This document shows, piece after piece, positions 38,257 through 47,835 of a stretch of DNA of 64,000 bases. Positions within the stretch are counted from its first letter, which is position 1; every line of letters starts with the position of its first letter. The stretch is from positions 3,124,812-3,188,811 of the forward strand of contig CP065000.1 in the NCBI GenBank assembly GCA_016700075.1, read 5' to 3'. Origin of the DNA: Acidobacteriota bacterium. GTDB lineage: Bacteria > Acidobacteriota > Blastocatellia > Pyrinomonadales > Pyrinomonadaceae. The notes under the pieces were generated by a model. The model worked only from the letters and a program-made list of their open reading frames with translations. It was not told where the DNA came from and ran no database searches. The translations under genes and the position numbers were made by a program.

Positions 38257-39609
38257 ATGAGGGAAATTCGCAAAATTCTGATAGCGAACCGCGGCGAGAT
38301 CGCCTGCCGGATTATGTGGACGTGTAAGGAGATGGGCATAAAGACCGTCGCCGTCCATTCCGAGGCTGACCGCGAAGCTCTTCATGTCAGATTTGCGGAC
38401 GAGGCAATTTGCATAGGCGGAGCACCGTCGGCTGAAAGCTATCTGAATATTCCTGCCATCATCAGTGCCGCCGAGATAACGAACGTTGACGCTATTCATC
38501 CCGGTTACGGCTTCTTGGCGGAATCCGCGACGTTTGCCGAGATATGCGGCGACTGCAATATCAAGTTCATCGGCCCGCGTCCCGAAGTAATCGCCATGAT
38601 GGGCGACAAGGTCGAGGCTCGGCGAACGATGACGGCGGCCGGTGTTCCTATTTTGCCGGGCAGTCCCGACCCTATTGAGTCGCCTGAAGAAGCAAAGGAA
38701 CTTGTTCGGAAGATCGGCTTTCCCGTGATCATCAAGGCTGCTGCCGGCGGCGGCGGCCGCGGAATGCGGATCGTCCGCAGCGAAAAAGAGCTCGAAACCA
38801 ACCTGGAAACCGCACAGGCCGAGGCTCTTGCAGCGTTCAAGAACGGTGCTGTCTATATCGAGCGATACATCGAACGGCCGCGGCACATTGAGATACAGGT
38901 TTTGGCCGATGAGCACGGCAACTGCGTTCACCTCGGCGAACGCGAATGCACCATCCAGCGTCGTCATCAGAAGCTGCTTGAGGAAGCTCCGTCTCCGGCG
39001 ATATCGGCCGAACTCCGCGAGCAGATGGGTGCCGTCGCGGTAAAGGCTTGTAAAGAGATAGGTTACTCAAGTGCGGGAACGTTCGAGTTCCTGCTGGACG
39101 AGGACGGAAGTTTCTATTTCATGGAAATGAACACCCGCATCCAGGTCGAGCATCCCGTCACGGAAATGGTCACGCTTGCCGACATCGTCCGCAATCAGAT
39201 AATGATCGCCACAGGCGAGAATACGGGCTATACGCAAGAAGAGGTTGTGATCACAGGGCATTCGATCGAATGCCGCATCAACGCTGAAGATCCGAAGAAA
39301 TTCACTCCGAGCCCGGGCCGCATTACGGCGTTCAACATCCCGGGCGGCCCCGGCGTTCGCGTGGACACGGCGGTCTATCCGGGCTACATCGTGCCGCCGT
39401 ATTACGATTCAATGATCGCAAAATTGATCGTCCATGCACGCACGCGTGAATTTGCGATCGCGAGGATGAAGCGGGCGTTGGAGATGATGGTCATCGAGGG
39501 CATCAAAACGACCATTCCGCTGCACATCAAGATAATGGAAGACGAGCGTTTCAAACGCGGCGATTTCTCGACCAAATTCATGGAAGAGTTCGAATACGAG
39601 GTTGATTAA
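38257..39609 (+). CDS. accC: acetyl-CoA carboxylase biotin carboxylase subunit
   Basis: [17 protein letters not shown]-grasp [24 protein letters not shown]. Confidence 0.97.
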   Translation: MREIRKILIANRGEIACRIMWTCKEMGIKTVAVHSEADREALHVRFADEAICIGGAPSAESYLNIPAIISAAEITNVDAIHPGYGFLAESATFAEICGDCNIKFIGPRPEVIAMMGDKVEARRTMTAAGVPILPGSPDPIESPEEAKELVRKIGFPVIIKAAAGGGGRGMRIVRSEKELETNLETAQAEALAAFKNGAVYIERYIERPRHIEIQVLADEHGNCVHLGERECTIQRRHQKLLEEAPSPAISAELREQMGAVAVKACKEIGYSSAGTFEFLLDEDGSFYFMEMNTRIQVEHPVTEMVTLADIVRNQIMIATGENTGYTQEEVVITGHSIECRINAEDPKKFTPSPGRITAFNIPGGPGVRVDTAVYPGYIVPPYYDSMIAKLIVHARTREFAIARMKRALEMMVIEGIKTTIPLHIKIMEDERFKRGDFSTKFMEEFEYEVD

Positions 39610-39737
39610 ATGCTTCGTTTAATTGATAATTATCGTTTGTTCGTGAATTAAATTTCGAACAATTTTTCGCGGTTACCGTGTTTGTACACGGAGTTACTGC
39701 GAGCAATAGGAGAGGCTGATTTTAATAGCGTTAACAT

Positions 39738-40007
39738 ATGTCAACAGCAACTGAAGTAAAGCAGGAGATCGTTACGGATTTCCGTACGCATGATTCGGAC
39801 ACCGGTTCGTCGCAGGTGCAGATCGCTCTGCTCACGCGTCGTATCGTGGACCTTACCGAGCATTTCAAGATACACAAGAAAGATAACAACTCGAGGCGAG
39901 GACTATTGAAATTGGTCTCGCGCAGAAGGAAGCTTTTGGATTATCTCAAACGTGAGAATATTAACGAGTATCACGAGATCATCAAGAAACTCGGACTGAG
40001 AAGGTAG
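39738..40007 (+). CDS. rpsO: 30S ribosomal protein S15
   Basis: [48 protein letters not shown]. Confidence 0.97.
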   Translation: MSTATEVKQEIVTDFRTHDSDTGSSQVQIALLTRRIVDLTEHFKIHKKDNNSRRGLLKLVSRRRKLLDYLKRENINEYHEIIKKLGLRR

Positions 40008-40210
40008 TAAAGTGAAAGCGTGAGAAGGTGCAAAGGTAAAAAAGTCACTTCATTTTCACCCTTACGCTTTTCCACATTTTACATTTTGACCGGCCGCTTC
40101 GGGCCGTTAGGAAAATAGGATCTTCGCGAAGAATTTCACGGCAGGCTGCTGAACGTGACAGCAAGAAAAGCCGCCGTGCGAATGAGGATCATCGTCAACT
40201 TAGGACGTAC

Positions 40211-40256
40211 AGGGACGAAAGAGGGCTTCACGGTCAGCTCCTTTCGTCCCTTTTTG
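40211..40256 (+). terminator. rpsO terminator / pnp-leader hairpin
   Basis: AGGGACGAAAG (40211-40221) pairs with CTTTCGTCCCT (40241-40251), followed by a T-run, 14 nt before the pnp ATG. Confidence 0.6.
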
Positions 40257-40269
40257 TTAATAGAAAGCA

Positions 40270-42399
40270 ATGGGAAAAAAATACTTGAAAGAGTCAATTA
40301 AATTTGGCAGCAAGGACCTTACGGTTGAAACCGGCAAGGTCGCAAAACAGGCCGACGGTTCGGTCGTAATTCGCTACGGAGACACGATGCTGCTCGTAGC
40401 CGCAGTCAGTTCAAAAACAGCCAGGGAAGGGCTTGATTTCTTTCCGCTCACGGTCGAATACCGTGAAAACACATTTTCTGCGGGCCGCATTCCGGGCAAT
40501 TATTTCCGCCGTGAAGGCCGCCCGAGCGAAAAGGAAGTGCTTACGTGCCGACTGATCGACAGGCCGGTTCGTCCGCTGTTTGCTGACGGCTATCGTTTTG
40601 AAACGCAGATCGTGGCATCGGTAATTTCAGCGGACATGGACAACGACCCGGACGTGATCGCCCTGACGGGTGCGTCATGTGCTCTGTATCTCTCGGATAT
40701 TCCGTTCAACGACCCTATCGCGGGTGTCCGCATCGGTCTGATCGACGGGAAATACCTGATCAATCCGACTTACGACGAGAGGCGTGAATCGATGCTCAAT
40801 CTTGTTGTCGCAGGAACGGAAGAGGCCATTTGCATGGTCGAGTGCGAGGCGAAAGAGGTCGAAGAGAACATCATGGTCGAGGCCCTGATGCTTGCACACC
40901 GCGAGATCAAGCGCCTGTGCCTGTGGCAGAAAGAGTTGTTCAAGGCTCTCGATATCAAGAAACGTGAGTTCGAGCCTGCCGCCATCGACGAGACAATACT
41001 CGCAGAGGTCGAGAAGAATTTCACAGACAAACTGCGAGCGGCACTCGATTCGACGGGTCGCGAAAAGATCGAGGTCTATGCCGGCATCGATGCTCTCAAG
41101 AAAGAGGTAGTTGATAGCTATCCCGAGGACGCTCCTGAAAAACGTGCTATGGCCGGCAAAGCCTTTGGCCATTTGAAGGAAAAGATCTTCCGCGACGACA
41201 TGCTGATGAACAAGCGCCGTCCAGACGGACGAAGATTCTCAGAGATCCGTCCTATCTCTTGCGAGGTCGGCTGGCTGCCGCGAGTGCACGGCTCGGCATT
41301 GTTCACACGCGGCGAGACGCAGGCGATGGTCACCGCGACTCTCGGCACAAAGGTTGACGGGCAGTTCATGGATGATCTGGAAAAAGGCACGATCGACCGC
41401 AAGTTCATGCTGCATTACAATTTTCCGCCGTATTCGGTCGGCGAAACGGGGCGTTTCGGCTCGACCTCGCGACGCGAGATCGGCCACGGAAATCTGGCAC
41501 GCCGTGCCATCGAACCGGTTTTGCCGGACGAGGCGGATTTTCCTTACACGCTTCGGATCGTTTCCGACATTACGGAATCGAACGGATCGTCGTCAATGGC
41601 GACGGTTTGCGGCGGTATCCTTAGCCTGATGGATGCAGGAGTTCCTATTAAGAAACCGGTTGCGGGTGTTGCGATGGGGCTGGTGATGGAGGGCAACCGC
41701 TACGCTATTCTCTCGGACATCGCCGGTGCCGAAGACCATTACGGCGATATGGATTTCAAGGTGACCGGAACTGCCGACGGCATCACTGCCCTGCAAATGG
41801 ACATCAAGATCAGCGGCATCAACGCGACGATACTCCAGGAAGCATTAGAGCAGGCGAAGAAAGGCCGGCTGCATATCCTCGATAAAATGAAGGAAGCGAT
41901 AGCGGAACCGCGAGAAGATATTTCACAATATGCTCCCCGTATCATTACACTCAAGATCAATCCGGAGAAGATCCGCGACGTTATCGGCAAAGGCGGTTCG
42001 GTAATTCGAGCATTGACCGAAGAGACCGGAGCCAAGATCGATATCGAGGACGACGGAACCGTGATGATCGCGACGAACGATGGAGCCGCTGCTGAAGAAG
42101 CTATCGCCCGCATCAAGGCGATCACGGCTGAGGCGGAGGTTGGGGAGACATATCTCGGCACCGTTTCGCGAATTGTTGATTTCGGAGCATTCGTCGAGAT
42201 CATTCCGGGCCTCGACGGCCTGCTGCATATTTCTGAGATATCCGATCGCCGCGTAAAGGACGTCCGCGATGAACTCAAGGAAGGTCAGCAGATCCTCGTG
42301 AAATGTATCGGCAAGGAAGGCAATAAGGTCAAACTTTCCCGCAAGGCGATAATTGCTGAAGAAAAGGCCAAGAACGGGGGCGACGAAGAGCAGGAATAG
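40270..42399 (+). CDS. pnp: polyribonucleotide nucleotidyltransferase (PNPase)
   Basis: 709 aa with two RNase PH-like halves, KH (IGKGGSVIRALTEETG) and S1 (GETYLGTVSRIVDFGAFVEI). Confidence 0.98.
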   Translation: MGKKYLKESIKFGSKDLTVETGKVAKQADGSVVIRYGDTMLLVAAVSSKTAREGLDFFPLTVEYRENTFSAGRIPGNYFRREGRPSEKEVLTCRLIDRPVRPLFADGYRFETQIVASVISADMDNDPDVIALTGASCALYLSDIPFNDPIAGVRIGLIDGKYLINPTYDERRESMLNLVVAGTEEAICMVECEAKEVEENIMVEALMLAHREIKRLCLWQKELFKALDIKKREFEPAAIDETILAEVEKNFTDKLRAALDSTGREKIEVYAGIDALKKEVVDSYPEDAPEKRAMAGKAFGHLKEKIFRDDMLMNKRRPDGRRFSEIRPISCEVGWLPRVHGSALFTRGETQAMVTATLGTKVDGQFMDDLEKGTIDRKFMLHYNFPPYSVGETGRFGSTSRREIGHGNLARRAIEPVLPDEADFPYTLRIVSDITESNGSSSMATVCGGILSLMDAGVPIKKPVAGVAMGLVMEGNRYAILSDIAGAEDHYGDMDFKVTGTADGITALQMDIKISGINATILQEALEQAKKGRLHILDKMKEAIAEPREDISQYAPRIITLKINPEKIRDVIGKGGSVIRALTEETGAKIDIEDDGTVMIATNDGAAAEEAIARIKAITAEAEVGETYLGTVSRIVDFGAFVEIIPGLDGLLHISEISDRRVKDVRDELKEGQQILVKCIGKEGNKVKLSRKAIIAEEKAKNGGDEEQE

Positions 42400-42423
42400 C
42401 CCCCACGAAATTCGGAAAATGTT

Positions 42424-42459
42424 ACCGGTTACCACTATCTAGTGGTAGCCGGTTTTTTT
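42424..42459 (+). terminator. intrinsic terminator after pnp
   Basis: ACCGGTTACCACT-ATCT-AGTGGTAGCCGGT (one G-U) followed by T7. Confidence 0.75.
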
Positions 42460-42532
42460 AATTGCATAGGCATGGACGGGCATGAACGGTTTTTGAAAAA
42501 AAAGCAGAATTTTTCTGGAGAACGTCTGATAT

Positions 42533-42547
42533 TGGACATTTCTTTGC
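42533..42547 (+). promoter_or_regulatory. weak sigma54-like -24/-12 candidate
   Basis: TGGACATTTCTTTGC has the GG-N10-GC spacing of TGGCAC-N5-TTGC but only TGG and TTGC match. About 190 nt upstream of the PEP-CTERM gene. Confidence 0.25.
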
Positions 42548-42738
42548 GAAGATTTTAGAAAAATCACGTTTTTGGGGTGATTTTCGCGGGAAACAGTAGT
42601 TTCCCAAGTGCATTTTGCCCGGAAATTTGTTAATTTCCCTGTCATAGCCCCAAAAATTCGATTCGACAGTTGAGTGCCAATTGACTGCGAAACGCGTGAG
42701 CTTTCGCCGTAACAAACCGTTCATTCGGGGTACGAACA

Positions 42739-43593
42739 ATGAAGAATATGAATTTCAGGGTGTTATTGTCTGCGGTCTGCGTAATGTCGGTCCTCGCGGG
42801 CTTTTCGCGTATCGAGGCCGGACCGGTCAGGTTCGACCAGGTGATACAGATCGTCAACGCTCGTCCGGGCAAAGCGGACAGTGTGAACTTCACACGGCTG
42901 CGTATAGCGGACGGCTCAATGGTCGCCGTTATCGACGACGATGACGACAAGAAAAAGGCAAAGCAGCAGGACGACCGCGTCATCACGGAAACGCGGACCG
43001 AGATAGTCGAAGACAACGTTTGCGACTGCGAGGAAGCAGAGGTCATCAAACGCGGTTTTCCGAAGTGGACCTTGCTCGGGTTGGCGGCGATCCCTATCGC
43101 GGCAATTCTGATTACGCGGAAAAAAGATACTCCGACGCCGACACAGACCCCGCCGACCACGCCGACGCCTACACCACAGGTGACGCCGACGCCGACGCCC
43201 GGAATCACCCCGACGCCTACACCGACGCCCGGCATGACGCCGACGCCTACACCGACGCCCGGCATGACGCCGACGCCAACGCCAACGCCGCAGGTGACGC
43301 CGACGCCGACGCCGGGTATAACGCCGACGCCGACCCCGACTCCTAAGGTGACGCCAACACCAACGCCGGGCATAACGCCAACGCCGACTCCGCAGGTGAC
43401 GCCGACTCCGACGCCGCCCAAATCACCGACGCCGACGCCGCCGCCGGTAACGCCGTCACCGACACCGCCGGAGCCGATCCCTGAACCGGTAACCATTTTG
43501 CTCTTCGGTACCGGCTTGGCCTCTATCGGGTTTGCGGCACGCCGCAGGTTCGGCAGAAAGAAAGATATCGCTGAAGACGATACGGAAGAATAG
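42739..43593 (+). CDS. PEP-CTERM sorting-signal protein with a long Thr/Pro repeat
   Basis: Signal peptide; (TPTPTP[TP]G[IM]/QV)n repeat; C-terminus [29 protein letters not shown] (PEP + TM + Arg cluster). Confidence 0.85.
   Translation: MKNMNFRVLLSAVCVMSVLAGFSRIEAGPVRFDQVIQIVNARPGKADSVNFTRLRIADGSMVAVIDDDDDKKKAKQQDDRVITETRTEIVEDNVCDCEEAEVIKRGFPKWTLLGLAAIPIAAILITRKKDTPTPTQTPPTTPTPTPQVTPTPTPGITPTPTPTPGMTPTPTPTPGMTPTPTPTPQVTPTPTPGITPTPTPTPKVTPTPTPGITPTPTPQVTPTPTPPKSPTPTPPPVTPSPTPPEPIPEPVTILLFGTGLASIGFAARRRFGRKKDIAEDDTEE
43132..43480 (+). repeat. coding tandem repeats (24-30-bp units) for TPTPTP-rich mucin-like region
   Basis: ACGCCGACGCCTACACCGACGCCCGGCATG is repeated exactly twice, with many diverged neighbours. 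Confidence 0.85.
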
Positions 43594-43704
43594 TGTGATC
43601 TGATCCGGCCGGGGCACTTAGTGTGTCCCGGTCGGGAATTTGCCCGGTTTTTAAGAGAGTGCCATAATACCGGCGTAACGCCGGAACAATTTGAGGGAAG
43701 TACG

Positions 43705-44658
43705 ATGCGTACATTTTTAAACAGAACGATCGCAGTTTTGGTGGTAGCCTTGGTGGCCGGATCTTTTGCCGCATACGGCAATGGAAAGGACAGGAAGATC
43801 CCTAAAGATCTCGGCATGCTGACGGTGCAGACGACGCCGGCGGCGTATCCTGTCAAGATTGATGGAGTTTACAAAGGAATGAGTGGTGTGACGACACCGG
43901 CGGAATTTCTGCTGACGCCGGGATTCCACACGCTTGAGATCGAAGGGCCAAACGGCAAGACCTTTACGAAAGAGGTCGAGATCCGCAGACAATCTAAGCA
44001 CTGTATCTGCATAAAGATCGTCGAAGAGACCATCACGAAAGCGTGTCCGTACCGGTTCTATCTTGAAGGGCCCGACCGCATCAGCGAAGGCGACCTCGTC
44101 ACCTTTGCTGCGATCAACTCCGGAACGGCACAGATCCCGCTGAGATACGCGTGGACGGTCTCGCCCGGAACTGCACGCGTGACAAGCGGACTCGGTACGC
44201 CGACGATCACTATCGATTCTCGCGGGTTGGGCGGACAAACCATCAATGCCTCGCTCGATGTGAACGACGATGTTTACGACAACCGCTGCCGCCAGGTCAT
44301 CTCGGTGCCGACGTTCGTTTCACGCCTCCCTGATCCTGAGCCGCCGAAACCATTCCGCTGCGACGAATTTGAGGCCCGTGCGGCAGATGAGGACAAGGCG
44401 CGTTTTGACAACTGCGTCATCCAGGCCCAGAACATCCCTGATGCTCAGCTTTATGTCATCATCTATCCGGGTACGGACCGTGCCAGCACGACGCGAAATA
44501 CCTACGAAAGGCTTTCGCAAAGGGCACTGGATTACATGGTAAAAACGCGGCGTTTCGACCCGCGGCGGATCCAGATCGTCCGCGGCAGCCCAAGGACGAA
44601 ATCCAGCTACGAAGTGTGGATCGTTCCGCCGGGTGCATCGCTCCCCGTAGTTCGCTAA
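43705..44658 (+). CDS. secreted protein with an N-terminal PEGA-like domain
   Basis: Signal peptide MRTFLNRTIAVLVVALVAGSFAAYG, then LTVQTTPAAYPVKIDGVYKGMSGVTTPAEFLLTPGFHTLEIEG (PEGA-type pattern). I do not recognise the rest. Confidence 0.65.
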   Translation: MRTFLNRTIAVLVVALVAGSFAAYGNGKDRKIPKDLGMLTVQTTPAAYPVKIDGVYKGMSGVTTPAEFLLTPGFHTLEIEGPNGKTFTKEVEIRRQSKHCICIKIVEETITKACPYRFYLEGPDRISEGDLVTFAAINSGTAQIPLRYAWTVSPGTARVTSGLGTPTITIDSRGLGGQTINASLDVNDDVYDNRCRQVISVPTFVSRLPDPEPPKPFRCDEFEARAADEDKARFDNCVIQAQNIPDAQLYVIIYPGTDRASTTRNTYERLSQRALDYMVKTRRFDPRRIQIVRGSPRTKSSYEVWIVPPGASLPVVR

Positions 44659-44684
44659 CAGATGGAACTTGTGATCATTCTTAA

Positions 44685-44710
44685 GGGACGGCTTCGGCCG
44701 TCCTTTTTCT
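44685..44710 (+). terminator. intrinsic terminator
   Basis: GGGACGGC-TTCG-GCCGTCC followed by a T-run. Confidence 0.6.
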
Positions 44711-44748
44711 TATTTCAGCATTCGTTGTAACATCTTAAGTTCATAATT

Positions 44749-46137
44749 ATGGCCGCACCTAATATAGAAACGATCGTCTCTCTCTCGAAACGCCGAGGTT
44801 TTGTCTACCCTGCATCGGATATTTACGGCGGGCTGGGCTCGTCCTGGGATTACGGGCCGCTCGGAGTAGAGCTGGCGAACAATATCAAGAAAAGCTGGTG
44901 GAATTGGGCCGTCTATGAACGTGATGATATCGAGGGGCTTGATTCGTCGATCATTCTAAATCGGCTGGTATGGAAATATTCAGGGCATGAGACCACGTTC
45001 TCGGATCCGCTGGTCGATTGCCGCGACTGCAAAACACGGCTCCGCGAGGACAAGCTCGACAGAAACGACGAGGGGAAGCCGGTCTGCTCTAACTGCGGCT
45101 CGACAAATTTGACCGAATCGCGAGCGTTTAACCTGATGTTCCGCACGACAGTCGGTGCAGCATCGGCTGATGACGACCCGACCGCGCTGGCGTATCTGCG
45201 GCCAGAGACAGCGCAGGGCATTTTTATCAATTTCAAGAATGTGCTCGACACGTCGCGCCGAAAGCTGCCTTTCGGTATTGCACAGATCGGCAAGGCATTT
45301 CGCAACGAAGTGACGCCAGGCAATTTTATCTTCCGCACGCGTGAGTTCGAACAGATGGAGATAGAGTATTTCTGCCGTCCCGAGGACGCACCGCGTGTAC
45401 ATCAGGAGTGGATCGACGGTTTTGACGCTTGGCTCGCGTCGCTAGGCATTTCAAACTCGAACCTGAAACATTACGAGCAGACAAAAGAGGAGCTTGCACA
45501 TTACAGCGAGCGGACGGTCGATATTCTCTACCGCTTTTTCCCCGAACGCGAGGATGAGGCGAAGCAATGGGACGAGCTGATGGGCATCGCGAACCGCACG
45601 GATTATGACCTTCGCGTGCATTCGAAGAAGCCGGAGGACTCAGAAGGGAATCGGCTGAATCCTGATTCGACCGAAGACCTTTCCTATTTCGATCCGCAGA
45701 CGAACGAGCGGTTTTATCCGTACATCATCGAGCCTTCTACCGGCGTGAACCGCACGCTGCTTGCCGTGATGATGGACGCCTACACCGAGCGGACGAACGA
45801 CAAAGGCGAGACACGCGTCATTCTAAAGCTCAAACCGGAAATGGCTCCGATCAAGGTCGCGGTGCTGCCGCTCGCGAAAAACAAGCCCGAGATCGTCGAG
45901 ATGGCGCGGAAGATAAAGAAGGACCTGCAGCCCTCAATGCGTGCCGTTTACGACGACACCGGCGGCATCGGCAAGCTCTACGCCCGCCAGGACGAGATCG
46001 GCACGCCGTTCTGCGTCACCGTCGATCACGAATCGCTCGAGGACAACGCCGTCACCGTCCGCGACCGCGACACGTGGGACCAGGAACGGGTTTCAACTAG
46101 CAATCTGACTGAATACTTATCGCAACGTTTGAAGTAG
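44749..46137 (+). CDS. glyQS: glycine--tRNA ligase (homodimeric class II type)
   Basis: IVSLSKRRGFVYPASDIYGGLGSSWDYGPLG, FRNEVTPGNFIFRTREFEQMEIEYF. Confidence 0.96.
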   Translation: MAAPNIETIVSLSKRRGFVYPASDIYGGLGSSWDYGPLGVELANNIKKSWWNWAVYERDDIEGLDSSIILNRLVWKYSGHETTFSDPLVDCRDCKTRLREDKLDRNDEGKPVCSNCGSTNLTESRAFNLMFRTTVGAASADDDPTALAYLRPETAQGIFINFKNVLDTSRRKLPFGIAQIGKAFRNEVTPGNFIFRTREFEQMEIEYFCRPEDAPRVHQEWIDGFDAWLASLGISNSNLKHYEQTKEELAHYSERTVDILYRFFPEREDEAKQWDELMGIANRTDYDLRVHSKKPEDSEGNRLNPDSTEDLSYFDPQTNERFYPYIIEPSTGVNRTLLAVMMDAYTERTNDKGETRVILKLKPEMAPIKVAVLPLAKNKPEIVEMARKIKKDLQPSMRAVYDDTGGIGKLYARQDEIGTPFCVTVDHESLEDNAVTVRDRDTWDQERVSTSNLTEYLSQRLK

Positions 46138-46140
46138 TAA

Positions 46141-47835
46141 ATGAAAAGACTAATTGAATGCGTGCCGAATTTTAGCGAAGGGCGGGACATGGCCGTGATA
46201 AAGCAGATCACGGAAGTGATCGAGCGGGTCGAGGGCGTTAAGCTGCTCGACGTCGATCCCGGAGCGACGACGAACCGGACGGTGGTGACGTTTGTCGGCG
46301 AGCCTGATGCGGTTGTCGAGGCGGCGTTTCAGGCCGTGAAAAAGGCTCAGGAACTGATCGACATGCGGCGGCACAAGGGCGATCATCCGCGTTTTGGTGC
46401 GACGGACGTTTGTCCGCTGGTGCCGGTATCTGGCATTTCGATGGAAGAGACAGCGGAGTACGCCCGGCGGCTCGGTGAACGCATCGGCAACGAGCTCAGC
46501 ATTCCGATCTATCTTTACGAAAATGCCGCGACGAGCGATGTCCGGCGAAACCTTGCGAACTGCCGCGACGGCGAATACGAGGCTCTGAAAGACCGCATTT
46601 CTTCGGCGGAATGGAAGCCCGACTTTGGTCCGAAGGAGTTCACCGAAAGCGTCGCCCGCTCTGGTGCGACGGCGGTGGGTGCCCGTGAATTTCTGATCGC
46701 GGTAAATTTCAATCTGAATACCACATCGACACGGCGGGCGAATGCGATTGCGTTCGACGTGCGTGAAAAGGGAAGGCCCAAACGCGAAGGCCATCCGATC
46801 ACGGGCAAGCCGATATTGGACCAGAACGGCGAGCCTGTGATGCTGCCGGGAACGCTGAAAGGCACTAAGGCCATCGGCTGGTTCATAGAAGAATACGGCA
46901 TCGCGCAGGTTTCGATGAATATCACGAATCTGTCACAGACGCCGCTGCACGTCGCGTTTGACGAGGTCTGCGACAAAGCTGCTGCACGCGGAGTCCGCGT
47001 GACCGGCATGGAGATCGTCGGGCTCGTGCCAAAGTCGGCGATCATCGATGCGGGTGAGCATTATCTGCGCAAACAGAGCCGCTCGCTTGGCGTTACGGAA
47101 GCTGAAAAGGTGAAGATCGCGATCCGCTCGCTCGGCCTTTCGGGCCTGAAACCATGGAATCCACAAGAGAAGATCATCGAATACGTGCTCACTGCGGACG
47201 AGAAGAAGGCCAGTCTCGTCGATATGACGTGCCGCGGTTTCGCGGACGAGACCGCGTCAGAATCGCCGGCTCCGGGCGGCGGCTCGATATCGGCATATTT
47301 GGGTGCACTCGGTGCGGCGTTGGCGGCAATGGTCGCAAATTTGTCATCGCACAAAGCAGGTTGGGATGAGCGTTGGGAAGAATTCTCTGACTGGGCGGTC
47401 AAGGCTCAGGAAATCAAAGACGATCTGCTGTTCCTCGTTGACGAGGACACGAATTCCTTTAATCGCGTGATGGATGCATTCGGTTTGCCAAAAGGAACGG
47501 ACGAAGAAAAGGCCGCACGTACCGCCGCTATCCAAGATGCTACAAAATACGCGACCGAAGTGCCGTTCCGAACGATGCAGCGTTCCTTCGATTCGTTTGA
47601 AGTTATAAAAGCGATGGCGGAGCAGGGAAATCCGAACTCTGCCTCCGACGCAGGAGTCGGTGCGTTGTGTGCTAGGTCGGCGGTGATGGGAGCTTATCTG
47701 AACGTGAAGATAAACGCCGCGGAACTGAAGGACCGCGAGTTTGCCGAAGATCTGCTCGCACGCGGTGCCGAGATCGAACGTCAGTCAATTGAACGAGAGG
47801 CCGAAATTCTCGCGATCGTCAATGCGAAGATCTAG
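46141..47835 (+). CDS. bifunctional glutamate formimidoyltransferase / formiminotetrahydrofolate cyclodeaminase
   Basis: N-terminal LIECVPNFSEGRD and HPRFGATDV; C-terminal ESPAPGGGSISAYLGALGAALAAMVANLS (cyclodeaminase-type). Confidence 0.88.
   Translation: MKRLIECVPNFSEGRDMAVIKQITEVIERVEGVKLLDVDPGATTNRTVVTFVGEPDAVVEAAFQAVKKAQELIDMRRHKGDHPRFGATDVCPLVPVSGISMEETAEYARRLGERIGNELSIPIYLYENAATSDVRRNLANCRDGEYEALKDRISSAEWKPDFGPKEFTESVARSGATAVGAREFLIAVNFNLNTTSTRRANAIAFDVREKGRPKREGHPITGKPILDQNGEPVMLPGTLKGTKAIGWFIEEYGIAQVSMNITNLSQTPLHVAFDEVCDKAAARGVRVTGMEIVGLVPKSAIIDAGEHYLRKQSRSLGVTEAEKVKIAIRSLGLSGLKPWNPQEKIIEYVLTADEKKASLVDMTCRGFADETASESPAPGGGSISAYLGALGAALAAMVANLSSHKAGWDERWEEFSDWAVKAQEIKDDLLFLVDEDTNSFNRVMDAFGLPKGTDEEKAARTAAIQDATKYATEVPFRTMQRSFDSFEVIKAMAEQGNPNSASDAGVGALCARSAVMGAYLNVKINAAELKDREFAEDLLARGAEIERQSIEREAEILAIVNAKI

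Noticed and set aside
42642-43856. 404-codon minus-strand ORF rich in GVGV repeats
   Set aside because: It is the antisense shadow of the Thr/Pro (ACGCCG) repeat of the PEP-CTERM gene. It has no start context or recognisable domain, whereas the + frame has a signal peptide and a PEP-CTERM anchor.
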